DNA of 64,000 nucleotides from Frankiales bacterium (GTDB lineage Bacteria; Actinomycetota; Actinomycetes; Mycobacteriales; SCTD01). A program made the position numbers and the translations under genes. The notes beneath the pieces are model-generated. The model made no database searches, was not told the origin of the DNA, and worked only from the letters and a program-made list of their open reading frames with translations. Within the stretch, counting starts at the first letter, position 1. The number at the start of each line of letters is the position of its first letter. The DNA lies in contig JAOPVP010000038.1 in NCBI GenBank assembly GCA_025966135.1, positions 309-64,308 on the forward strand, in the 5' to 3' direction. Shown in pieces: positions 28,759-37,703 of this stretch.

Positions 28759-29772
28759 TCACGCGGATGCGCCCGCGATCGTTGCGGTCCGACCGGCGAA
28801 ATCATCGACCGTGGCCAGGCTGAAGACCCCGTGATCGCTGCCCAGTCCCTGCACGACCTGCGCTGCGGTTGCGGTACCCAGGACAGCGGCTTCCCGCTCC
28901 GACCTACCGAGCAACCTGCCCACCAGGAAACCCGCCGAGAAGGCGTCGCCGCACCCCGAGGTGTCCACCACGTCGGCGGCGAACGCCGGCACCCTGGTCG
29001 TTCCGTCAGCGGACACCACGACCGCTCCGTCGGCGCCGCACGTGATGGCGACACAGCCCACGCCGACCGCGAGCAACGCACGACCGGCCGCCTCGATGTC
29101 GGCCTCCCCCGTCAGCCCCAGGGCCTGGTCGCGGTTGGGTAAGAGGTAGTCGATGTGCTGCCAGGCCGGCGAGATCCAGTCGAACATCCCGGGATCTCCG
29201 GGGGCAAGCATGTCCACCGACGTGGTCAGCCCCAGCTCGCGGGCCCGCTCGAGGACGACGGCAGCGTCGGGGCCGCCCAGGAACTCCGGTCCACCGAGGT
29301 GCAGATGGTCCACCTCAGCGACCACTCCCCAGGGAACGTCGGCGGCGGTGTACGTGCCGTTCGCGCCGATGACGTGGAACGCGGGCCGGTCGCCGTTGGG
29401 ATGGATCGGCAGCACACTGGCGGACGTGGCAGCATCGGGCCGCACGAGCAGGTGAGTCGGGTCGACGCCGGCCGTGCGAAGGAGCGACAGCAGCATGGTG
29501 CCGGCTGGGTCGTCGCCCAGGGCACCGGCGCTGCTGACGCGGGCACCGAGCTTGGCGAGCGTGACAGCAGTGCCTCCGGCAGTACCGGCGGCACTGAACC
29601 GGATGTGGTCTACGAGCTGGGCGTCCTGTCCCCTTGGCAAGGACTCGACGGCATGGACGAGGACGTCCAAGACGTGCACGCCCATGGCTAGGATCTTCAG
29701 GTCCGCTGGCACGACCGCACTGCCGCCTGTCAGTGCTTCGCTCGACGTCGGTTTTGTCGCCGCATCTGCCAT
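28759..29772 (-). CDS. PfkB family carbohydrate kinase
   Basis: AGTAGGTAVTLAKLG, PNRDQA, VVDTSGCGDAF. Confidence 0.92.
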   Translation of the reverse strand: MADAATKPTSSEALTGGSAVVPADLKILAMGVHVLDVLVHAVESLPRGQDAQLVDHIRFSAAGTAGGTAVTLAKLGARVSSAGALGDDPAGTMLLSLLRTAGVDPTHLLVRPDAATSASVLPIHPNGDRPAFHVIGANGTYTAADVPWGVVAEVDHLHLGGPEFLGGPDAAVVLERARELGLTTSVDMLAPGDPGMFDWISPAWQHIDYLLPNRDQALGLTGEADIEAAGRALLAVGVGCVAITCGADGAVVVSADGTTRVPAFAADVVDTSGCGDAFSAGFLVGRLLGRSEREAAVLGTATAAQVVQGLGSDHGVFSLATVDDFAGRTATIAGASA

Positions 29773-29784
29773 GTGCCCGACCGT

Positions 29785-29815
29785 ACTACATGAACGCAAA
29801 TCGTGTTCATGTAGT
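29785..29815. promoter_or_regulatory. Palindromic operator (probable TetR site) between divergent kinase and aldolase genes
   Basis: Perfect ACTACATGAAC-N9-GTTCATGTAGT. Confidence 0.75.
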
Positions 29816-29865
29816 GTCCATTGCATGAGCACTTCGAGCGCAGCTGCGACCCGCGGGCGCCACTG

Positions 29866-30519
29866 ATGCTCGAGCCGCTACGGGAGGCCGTCGCGGCAGC
29901 CTGTCGCCGCCTGGCCGTTGACCGGCTGGTGATAGGCACAGCCGGAAACCTGTCTGCCCGCAGCGGCGACCACGTCGTCATCACGCCTACCGGGCTCACG
30001 CTGGCGGCAGCCGCGCCGGAGGACCTGACCGTGATCGACCTCGAGGGGCGAGTGGTCGAAGGTCGTTACGCCCCCACCTCCGAGGTGCAGCTGCACCTGG
30101 CCATCTACACCGCTCACGCTGCCGGTGCGGTCGCGCATGCGCACCCGCTGGACTCGACAGCCGTTGCCTGCACCGTCGCTGAGCTGCCTGCCTGGCACTA
30201 CACGACAGCAGCGCTCGGTGGGCCGGTGAGAGTAGCGCCGTACGCGACATTCGGTAGCCGAGAGCTCGCGGACGGAGTGCTCACCGCGCTGGAAGGCCGG
30301 ACTGCGGCGCTGATGGCTCACCACGGCAGCGTGGCCTATGGCGACACGGTCGACCAGGCGTGCGACCGGATCGAGCATGTGGAGTGGCTCGCGGGGCTGC
30401 ACACCCGGATCACCCAGCTCGGCGGGGGACGTCCACTTAGCCCGTCGGAGCTCGAGGACGTCGTCACGGCCGCCATCCAGCGCAGCTACGGCGCGCCACG
30501 AGCGTTGGCTGAGGACTGA
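29866..30519 (+). CDS. Class II aldolase/adducin family protein (FucA-like)
   Basis: GTAGNLS, ITPTG, PTSE..LH, HAHP, YATFGS, AHHG (Zn ligands). Confidence 0.92.
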   Translation: MLEPLREAVAAACRRLAVDRLVIGTAGNLSARSGDHVVITPTGLTLAAAAPEDLTVIDLEGRVVEGRYAPTSEVQLHLAIYTAHAAGAVAHAHPLDSTAVACTVAELPAWHYTTAALGGPVRVAPYATFGSRELADGVLTALEGRTAALMAHHGSVAYGDTVDQACDRIEHVEWLAGLHTRITQLGGGRPLSPSELEDVVTAAIQRSYGAPRALAED

Positions 30520-30526
30520 GTCGCCG

Positions 30527-31186
30527 GTGAGCCCCGCAGCAGCCGACCCGCGGGTCCGACGTCAGCCTCAGCAGGCGCGCAGCCGTCTGCGCGTGGGGAG
30601 GATCCTCGACGCCGCTGAGGACCTGCTCGTCTCGCAGGGGTACGACGCGCTCACGATTCGCCAGCTGGCCGCAAGCGCCGGCGTCCCGACAGGCACGATC
30701 TACCAGTTCTTCCCCGACAAGCAGGCCATCGTGGACGTCCTGGCCGAGCGGTACCTGACACTGTTCTCCGACACCATGGCCGCGCTGGAAGTACGGGAGC
30801 CCTTTGGCTCGCCCGAGGAGCTGGTCGAGGTGCTGGTGGACACCTTTGCCGACCTCTACCGGCGCCACCCCGGCTATCGAGCGCTGTGGCTCGGCCGACA
30901 CCTGAGCCCGGAACTGCTCCGCGCCGACGAGCAGAACAACGACGATCTCGCCGAAGGTCTTTGGCGTCTGCTGCTTGCCCACGGCTTCGCCGGCGAGGGC
31001 GACCGCGACCTGCAGATCGGTTGCCGTGTCGCGGTTCTCATCGCGGACGCCCTGCTCCGGGCCGCGTTCCGGGCCTCCCCGGACGGTGACCCTGACGTGA
31101 TCGCGCACGCCAAGCTGGTGGAGAACAGCTACGTCGCCAACTTGCTCCATCGCCAGAACGGTGCCGTCGGAGGGCGCACGCAGTAG
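30527..31186 (+). CDS. TetR family transcriptional regulator
   Basis: RRQPQQARS..RILDAA...LTIRQLAASAGVPTGTIYQFFPDK. Confidence 0.93.
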   Translation: MSPAAADPRVRRQPQQARSRLRVGRILDAAEDLLVSQGYDALTIRQLAASAGVPTGTIYQFFPDKQAIVDVLAERYLTLFSDTMAALEVREPFGSPEELVEVLVDTFADLYRRHPGYRALWLGRHLSPELLRADEQNNDDLAEGLWRLLLAHGFAGEGDRDLQIGCRVAVLIADALLRAAFRASPDGDPDVIAHAKLVENSYVANLLHRQNGAVGGRTQ

Positions 31187-31388
31187 GGCTTGGACGACGG
31201 GTCCAGACCTGACGGTTACCGACATGAGCCCCTCTCGCCCAGGCGCGTGAGCGGCCGCTGATCCCCCGCTGCTCACCGCCGTACTGCTTGTTCCGCTCGG
31301 CGAACCGCTGCGCGTGGGTGGAACGCGCTCCTGTCCCCAACCCTGGGTTGTCGAAGTCCCGTGCAGCAGGACTCTCGAAAGGGTTAGG

Positions 31389-31416
31389 TGAACCCGACAT
31401 GGGTTCATGTTAGGTT
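31389..31416 (+). promoter_or_regulatory. Second TGAAC-N9-GTTCATGT operator abutting a -10 element (TAGGTT)
   Basis: TGAAC-CCGACATGG-GTTCATGT at 31389-31410; TAGGTT at 31411-31416, 7 nt before GTG 31424 (leaderless geometry). Confidence 0.65.
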
Positions 31417-31423
31417 GGGCGAC

Positions 31424-32818
31424 GTGGCAACTCCCCCTTCGACTCCCCCCGATCACACCTTCGACGTTGCCGTTGTTGGCGCTGGGATCGCTGGGCTCGT
31501 GGCAGCCCGGCAGCTAGCTGCTCTCGGACTGGACGTCGTTGTCCTCGAGGCCCACGAGTCGGTCGGCGGAAGGACCCGCAGCGCCCAGGTCGCAGGCGTC
31601 ACCGTGGACCTCGGCGGCACCTTTGTCGGTCCGACCCAGGACCGAGTCATCGCGCTCGCGGCCGCCCTCGGCTGCCGGACACATCCAACCTGGGTACAGG
31701 GCAAGAGCGTGGTTCGCTGGCACGGCTCGCGACGCCGTTACTCCGGGACCATCCCTCGCGTCCCGGTCACGACGCTGCTCAACACCGAACGGGTCCGGCT
31801 GCTGTTCGACCGTGCCGCGAACAGGCTCGGCGCAGACGGCATGGGCAGGTCAGAGCAGGACGAGATCAGCCTCGGCACGTGGCTGACGAGGGTCCGTGCA
31901 GGCCAGGGCGCGACGGCACTGCTCGCGGCCGTCGCCAGGACGACCTGGGGCTGCGAACCCGACGAGGTGTCCCTTCTGCATGCCCTGCGATATGTCAAGG
32001 GGTGTGGCGGCATCAACCGGATGCTCGACACCGAGGGGGGTGCGCAGCAGGACCACTTCGCAGCCGGTGCCCAGGAGATGAGCCTGCGGATGGCCGCGGA
32101 GCTGAACGTCTACACCGCCTGCCCGGTCAGGTCTGTCAGGCATACCGCGGGCGAGGACGTCGTCCTCGAGACCCCGCACGGCGACCTGGTGGCCCGGGCC
32201 GTCGTCGTCGCTGTGCCTCCGGCCATGCGAAACAGGATCGTCTTCGATCCGCCGCTGCCGTCCGGCTATCAGGCACTGTCGCAGCGCTGGCCCCAGGGCG
32301 CACTCACCAAGGCCTACGCCGTGTACGAGAAGCCGTTCTGGCGCGATGACAACCTGAGCGGACAGACGCTGAGCGACGACGGTCCTGTTTTCATCACGCT
32401 CGACGCCAGCCCCGAAGACGCGAGCCGGGGGGCGCTGCTCGGCTTCATCGGAGGCGACTACGCCCGGCGCTTCGACGCTCTCCCTCAAGCCGAACGGCGG
32501 CTGCAGGTCCTCCAGTGCTTCGCCGAACTGTTCGGCCCGGCCGCGCTGCAACCGCTGGGCTACATCGACCAGAGATGGGCGTCCGAGCCGTGGATCGGCG
32601 GCGGGCCGACCGCGCATCCCGGCCCCGGGGCACTGACCGGCTACGGACGTTGGATGGCCGAGCCCGTCGGTCGCATCCACTGGGCGGGCACAGAGACCGC
32701 CGACGTCTGGTCCGGTTTCATGGACGGCGCAGTGCGTTCCGGCGAACGCGCCGCGACCGAGGTCGCGGCGCACCTGGCCGTGCGGACAACCGACGACGAA
32801 ATGGCGGCAAACGCGTGA
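31424..32818 (+). CDS. Flavin monoamine oxidase family protein
   Basis: VVGAGIAG, VGGRT, DLGGTFVGPTQ, HWAGTETA..SGFMDGAVRSGERAA. Confidence 0.92.
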   Translation: MATPPSTPPDHTFDVAVVGAGIAGLVAARQLAALGLDVVVLEAHESVGGRTRSAQVAGVTVDLGGTFVGPTQDRVIALAAALGCRTHPTWVQGKSVVRWHGSRRRYSGTIPRVPVTTLLNTERVRLLFDRAANRLGADGMGRSEQDEISLGTWLTRVRAGQGATALLAAVARTTWGCEPDEVSLLHALRYVKGCGGINRMLDTEGGAQQDHFAAGAQEMSLRMAAELNVYTACPVRSVRHTAGEDVVLETPHGDLVARAVVVAVPPAMRNRIVFDPPLPSGYQALSQRWPQGALTKAYAVYEKPFWRDDNLSGQTLSDDGPVFITLDASPEDASRGALLGFIGGDYARRFDALPQAERRLQVLQCFAELFGPAALQPLGYIDQRWASEPWIGGGPTAHPGPGALTGYGRWMAEPVGRIHWAGTETADVWSGFMDGAVRSGERAATEVAAHLAVRTTDDEMAANA

Positions 32819-33243
32819 CCTGGTCGACGGAATCCACCTGCGAGACGACCGCGACGGCACAGGCCGTCTGGGACCGCTGGACAACGGCGTCGAGTTGGTC
32901 CGAGGACGACGCGAGCTGCCAATGGGCAACGCTCGAGGAACCCCTGAAGGTGGGGTCGAAGGGCAAGGTCAGGACAACCGGGCCGGCCCAGAACTTCACG
33001 TTCACCGAGGTCGTCCCGCTGAAGAAGATGACCTTCACGATCAGCCTCCCCCTGGCCGTGCTGGCCTTCCCGCACACCTTGGGCGCGGGCAGCTCTCCGA
33101 GCACCGTCCGCGTCACGCACGGGATCGTCATCACCGGTCCGCTCGCCCCGGTCTTCGGGTTCCTGGTCGGTCGCAAGCTCGCCCGGGAGCTGCCTCGGGT
33201 CGTTCGGTTGGTGACGGAGCACGCCGTCCTGGCTGAGGCCTAG
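32815..33243 (+). CDS. SRPBCC (polyketide cyclase/START-like) protein
   Basis: ATAQAVWDRWT..SW, VTHGIVITGPLA..F; GTGA overlap with the oxidase stop. Confidence 0.75.
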   Translation: MTWSTESTCETTATAQAVWDRWTTASSWSEDDASCQWATLEEPLKVGSKGKVRTTGPAQNFTFTEVVPLKKMTFTISLPLAVLAFPHTLGAGSSPSTVRVTHGIVITGPLAPVFGFLVGRKLARELPRVVRLVTEHAVLAEA

Positions 33244-33409
33244 GACCACAGCTGGCCACCGAGTGTCATCTGGCGCCATCAAGCCCAGGGCTGACTGCAC
33301 CGACGATCTGAACACCGGTCTGGCTCAACAGCTGAGCGCAACCGAACGTGGCCTCTGGATGGGTTGACCGTTGCGAACGCTCCGCAAGCCCACGATGCGT
33401 GTGGGTGAC

Positions 33410-34162
33410 TCACCGCCCGGCGGCGAAGGTGTGCCAGGCTGCCGGCTGCCTGCTCGCGACCGCGGCTCCGACGGCCACCACGGCGACCACCGCGACCACC
33501 GCACCTAGAGCAGCCGGGACGCTGACACGCAGGACCAGCAGCGCACCGCCTACTGCGCCGAGCAGCATGGCGCCTACGGACAAGCCGCGGCGCAGCGCCA
33601 CGCGCAGGTTCCGGTTACGGAGGTCGGCTGCGACACCGGTCAGCGTCATCGTGAGCACTGTGGTGGTGAGGTCGGGCACCGCGAGGCGGCGTACGGCGGC
33701 GTTCTGCAGACCGAGCGCGACCGCGGCCAGTGCGACGACGCAGTCCCGCGGGACCGTGCCCAAGTCGTCTCCGACTACGACGGTGATGACCAGCGCCGCC
33801 ACGAGGAACAGCACTTCCGCAGTGGCGACGTTGCGGGCCAGGCGACCACGATGGGCGCCGAAGCGGCTGTTGGCCGCGCCGCCCAGAGCGGCGCCAACCA
33901 GGAACCCGACCAGGGCGACGAGCGAGGCGTCGAGCACGAATCCCGGTGCGCCGGCGAGGGCGAAGCCGGTGAAGGCGATATTGCCCGTCATGTTCGCCAC
34001 GAACACCCGTCCCAGGCGCAGGATGCTGACCGCGTCAACGATGCCGGTCGCGACGGTGAGCCCGAGCAGGAGCGCCGGAAGGGGGCCGTGAGCTGGGTCG
34101 GCGAAGTAGTCAGCTGTCCAGCTGACGCGGACGGTGTTCCTCTCACCTGGTCTGCTGGTCAT
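33410..34162 (-). CDS. YoaK/DUF1275 family membrane protein
   Basis: TGIVDAVS, VFVANMTGN, GLQNA, TTVLTMTLT. Confidence 0.9.
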   Translation of the reverse strand: MTSRPGERNTVRVSWTADYFADPAHGPLPALLLGLTVATGIVDAVSILRLGRVFVANMTGNIAFTGFALAGAPGFVLDASLVALVGFLVGAALGGAANSRFGAHRGRLARNVATAEVLFLVAALVITVVVGDDLGTVPRDCVVALAAVALGLQNAAVRRLAVPDLTTTVLTMTLTGVAADLRNRNLRVALRRGLSVGAMLLGAVGGALLVLRVSVPAALGAVVAVVAVVAVGAAVASRQPAAWHTFAAGR

Positions 34163-34269
34163 GCGACCTCCCATCGGTGGTGCGAGGTCAGCATGACAGC
34201 GGGGGCACAGAAGCTAAAGGCTCCAGCGAAGCCATCGTCGAGCTGGTCGCCAGTCGGAGCCTTGGATGC

Positions 34270-35346
34270 TCATCCCCTGACCCGATGACGGCGAACCGGA
34301 CCAGTTGACTTCCGGACCACGAGCGGGCACGGCAACAGCAGGCAGCGTGCATCCGGGGTTGACGCGTCCTCGATCCGTTCCTGAAGCAGGCGCGCCGCTT
34401 GGACGCCCATTTCGCGTTTCGGCAGGTGGACCGTCGTCAGTGCAGGCTGAACTCTGGTCATGAACGGCATGTCGTTGAAGCCGACCACAGAGACGTCTTT
34501 CGGGCACGTCAGGCCCGACGCACGCAAGGCGTCGATGACACCGAGGGCCAGCAGATCATTGCCGGCAACGATCGCGGTGGGTGGCTCATCCGCTCCGGCA
34601 AGCAGCTCAGAGATCGCGGCCTGACCAGCGGCTTCGCTGTATCCGGCTGCGAAAAGCACCGGGCAGTCGTCCGCGGACAGACCGGCTGTTGCTGTTGCGT
34701 CGACGAATGCGCGGTGTCGGATGAGGCCCGTGGACAGCTCCTGGGGGCCGGCGACGTGCCCGATCCGACGGTGACCGAGCTCGGTCAGGTGCAGGACGGC
34801 GTCGCGGATGCCGGCCGCCTCGTCACCTGCGACTGCCGGCAAGAGCCGCTTGTCGGTGAGGCGATTGACCAGGACAGCGGGGATTCCATGCGCTGCGGCC
34901 TCCTCCACCAGGGGGTCTACCCGGCGTGCCGTTGCCAGGACGAACCCGTCGCACTGCCGCGCCCGCAGTGCCGCAAACAGCCGCAGCGCCCGGTCTGAGT
35001 CATTGTCGGTGTTGACGACGAGCGCGATCAGGCCATTCGCCCCGAGCACCTCCTCGACGCCCCGGACGATAGGTGGGAACAAGGGGTTCGTGAGGTCCGG
35101 CAGCAGGAGGCCGACGGTGAACGACCGCCGAGTGCGCAGGCCCCGGGCCAAGGTGTTCGGCTGATAGCCGAGCTCGCTCGCCGTGGCCATGATGCGGCGC
35201 ACCGTCGCTGCCGCCACCCGGTGACGGGTGTCCGGGTTGAGCGCCTTGGAGGCAGTGCCCGGATGCACACCCGCGGCGCGAGCGACGTCAGCCAACGTCA
35301 CACTCACCCCGGCGCCGGGGTCGGGGATAGCCGAGTGCGCGGTCAT
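34270..35346 (-). CDS. LacI family transcriptional regulator
   Basis: TLADVARAAGVHPGTASKALN, LGYQPNTLARGL, LGHRRIGH, SVVGFND, LTTV. Confidence 0.95.
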   Translation of the reverse strand: MTAHSAIPDPGAGVSVTLADVARAAGVHPGTASKALNPDTRHRVAAATVRRIMATASELGYQPNTLARGLRTRRSFTVGLLLPDLTNPLFPPIVRGVEEVLGANGLIALVVNTDNDSDRALRLFAALRARQCDGFVLATARRVDPLVEEAAAHGIPAVLVNRLTDKRLLPAVAGDEAAGIRDAVLHLTELGHRRIGHVAGPQELSTGLIRHRAFVDATATAGLSADDCPVLFAAGYSEAAGQAAISELLAGADEPPTAIVAGNDLLALGVIDALRASGLTCPKDVSVVGFNDMPFMTRVQPALTTVHLPKREMGVQAARLLQERIEDASTPDARCLLLPCPLVVRKSTGPVRRHRVRG

Positions 35347-35410
35347 GACGGGTGCCCTTTCCCATTTGTTCGAAGTGGTTGACGCAACCTCGCACGCGAG
35401 TTAACTTTCG

Positions 35411-35582
35411 CGCAACCGATTGTCGTGCGTGTCGCCAGATCGTTGCAGGAGCTCACACATCGCCATTCGGCCCGCGGCACTGCGTCATGGCGCAACGACG
35501 ACGCAGCAACGGATTTGCATTCCTTCACTCACGAGCAGAACGCCACAGGAAGGTCACTGCATGTACGACAATCGATTGTCGT
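35411..35582. promoter_or_regulatory. Two LacI-type operators
   Basis: CGCAACCGATTGTCGT (35411-35426) and the perfect palindrome ACGACAATCGATTGTCGT (35565-35582). Confidence 0.7.
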
Positions 35583-36811
35583 TCAGAACCCGAAATCGTC
35601 TCGGCCTCGCTGCCGCTGCCATGGGCCTCATGGTCAGTGTCAGCGCCTGCTCCGCGTCGGCCACCTCCAGTTCGTCCACCAGTTCGACCACGTTGGTCAT
35701 CGGCGTCTCCCTGTCGCTGACCGGCGACTTCGCCGACCCCGGCAAGGCCGTTCAGCGCGGCTACCAGGTGTGGGCGGACGGGGTGAACGCCAAAGGCGGC
35801 ATCCTCGGCCGCAAGGTCGAGATGAAGATCGTCGATGACCTCTCCAGTCCCAACCAGGTGGTCACCAACTACCAGAACCTCATCTCCCGCGACCATGTCG
35901 ACCTCGTCTTCGGTCCGTTCTCGAGCCTGCTGACGGTCCCGGCATCCCAGGTGGCCAACCGGTATCACTACGCGTTCGTCGAGTCAGCAGGTGGCGGGCC
36001 CAAGGTGTTCGCCCAGAACCTGCACAGCCTTTTCTTCGTGCAGCCCGCCCCGGTCGTGGAGCAGGGCAACGTGTTCGCCGACTACATCCTGTCTCTCCCC
36101 GCTGGTCAGCGGCCCAAGACGGCCGCCTATCCCTCGCTGGACGACCCGTTCGCCAAGCCCATCGCTGACGGCGTGCAGAAGCGGTTCGAAGCCGCTGGGA
36201 TCAAGACGGTCTACTCGGGCACCTATCCCGCCGAGACACCGGACCTCACACCGATCATGGCGAAAATCGCAGCTGCCAAGCCCGATGTCATCGTCTCCGG
36301 GACCCAGTCCCAGGACGCCTATCAGCAGGTCAAGTCGCTCGTCCAGCTCCATTTCAACCCCCGCTGGCTGTTCATGAGCAACGGTGCCAACTCCCCGACC
36401 GAGTTCCCCGACAAGGTCGGAAAGGGCAACACCGCCGGAGTGTTCTCAGCCGGTGACTGGTTCGCCGACTCCAAGGCGGCCGGCAGTGCAGACTTCGTCA
36501 AGGCGTACATCGCGAAGTTCGGAGGGACCGCCGCCGGCATCGACAACTCGTCCGCGGAGGCGTACGCGGCGGGCCAGGTGATCGAGCTCATCGCGAAGCG
36601 CACGGGACGAGTCGACAACCAGACGATCATCAACTCCCTGCACAGCGGAACCTGGCCGACGCTGCTGGGTGACCTGTCCTGGAACAGCGTCGGCGCGCCG
36701 CAGGGCAGCTACCAGCTCGTGCAGTGGATCGGCGGCGCCCTCAAGCCCGTCTTCCCTGCGTCGGTGGCGCAGGCGGCAGCCGTAGTCCCCAAGCCCAACT
36801 GGGCCGGATAG
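35561..36811 (+). CDS. Branched-chain amino acid-type ABC substrate-binding lipoprotein
   Basis: ATG 35561 after AGGAAGG; VSAC lipobox; SLTGDFA, NAKGGILGRKV, GPFSS. Confidence 0.92.
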   Translation: MYDNRLSFRTRNRLGLAAAAMGLMVSVSACSASATSSSSTSSTTLVIGVSLSLTGDFADPGKAVQRGYQVWADGVNAKGGILGRKVEMKIVDDLSSPNQVVTNYQNLISRDHVDLVFGPFSSLLTVPASQVANRYHYAFVESAGGGPKVFAQNLHSLFFVQPAPVVEQGNVFADYILSLPAGQRPKTAAYPSLDDPFAKPIADGVQKRFEAAGIKTVYSGTYPAETPDLTPIMAKIAAAKPDVIVSGTQSQDAYQQVKSLVQLHFNPRWLFMSNGANSPTEFPDKVGKGNTAGVFSAGDWFADSKAAGSADFVKAYIAKFGGTAAGIDNSSAEAYAAGQVIELIAKRTGRVDNQTIINSLHSGTWPTLLGDLSWNSVGAPQGSYQLVQWIGGALKPVFPASVAQAAAVVPKPNWAG

Positions 36812-36824
36812 GAGGCACGCGCAC

Positions 36825-37703
36825 ATGCACGCACTCATCCAAGGCCTCATCCTCGGTGTTCTCACCGGCGGCGTGTACGCGCTCATGGCGTCGGGTCAGA
36901 CCTTGATCTTCGGAATCATGAAGGTCGTCAACCTGGCGCAGGGCGCGTTCGTGATCGCCTCGGCGTACCTGGCGTTCACGCTCTTCACCAGGTTCGGCAT
37001 CGATCCCTTTCTCGCGGTCCTCATCACGACACCGCTCATGTTCTGCATCGGCGCCGCCGGCCAGTGGCTGTTCCTGCGCCCGCTGCGGCGTGAGAACGCC
37101 GCCGAGCTGTCGCTTCTGGTCACGTTCGCGCTTGCCCTGCTGATCGAGGGCATCTTGTCGGTCACCTACTCGACCACGTATCGCAGCATCAACACCGGAT
37201 ACGCGAACAAGTCCTTCGAGGTGGCGGGCTACACCGTCTCGGCGGTGCGTCTGTACGGCTTCCTGCTGTCGATTGCCCTCCTTGGCTTGCTGTACGGGGT
37301 ACTGCAGAAGACCCGATTCGGGCGAGCGATCCGGGCAACCGTGCAGAACCCGCAGTCCGCGGCCCTGCTCGGTGTCGATGCCACGCGCGTGCAGGCGTAC
37401 GGCTTCGGCCTGGGTATCTCGACCGCCGCGGCATCCGGTTCGATCTTCGGGCTGCTCTACCCCTTCCAGTCAGGCAGCCACTACGACCTCATCTCGCGCC
37501 TGCTGTCGGTGGTGGTGCTGGGTGGGCTCGGATCGATCGGCGGAGCGGTCTTGGCCGGCATCGCGATCGGCGTCGTGTCCTCCGTGGCCGCAGTCCTGTG
37601 GTCACCAACCTGGTCAGAGATGAGCTTCTTCGTGGTCCTCCTCCTTGTCCTGCTCGTACGGCCACAAGGCATGTTCGGTCGCGTCGAGCGAGGTGCCGTA
37701 TGA
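36825..37703 (+). CDS. ABC permease (LivH-like)
   Basis: GGVYALMASGQTLIFGIMKVVNLAQG, TRFGRAIRA, VRPQG. Confidence 0.93.
   Translation: MHALIQGLILGVLTGGVYALMASGQTLIFGIMKVVNLAQGAFVIASAYLAFTLFTRFGIDPFLAVLITTPLMFCIGAAGQWLFLRPLRRENAAELSLLVTFALALLIEGILSVTYSTTYRSINTGYANKSFEVAGYTVSAVRLYGFLLSIALLGLLYGVLQKTRFGRAIRATVQNPQSAALLGVDATRVQAYGFGLGISTAAASGSIFGLLYPFQSGSHYDLISRLLSVVVLGGLGSIGGAVLAGIAIGVVSSVAAVLWSPTWSEMSFFVVLLLVLLVRPQGMFGRVERGAV

Noticed and set aside
25753-29142. 1129-aa plus-strand ORF
   Set aside because: Antisense shadow of the formate dehydrogenase and kinase genes. It has no recognisable motifs, and such ORFs are expected from high-GC codon bias.
31187-31388. Possible gene remnant between tetR and the amine oxidase
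   Set aside because: No recognisable motif in any frame I read.
33348-34091. ORF with TATTATTATT repeat suggesting a repetitive surface protein
   Set aside because: It is the reverse reading of a Val/Ala-rich TM helix of the DUF1275 gene.
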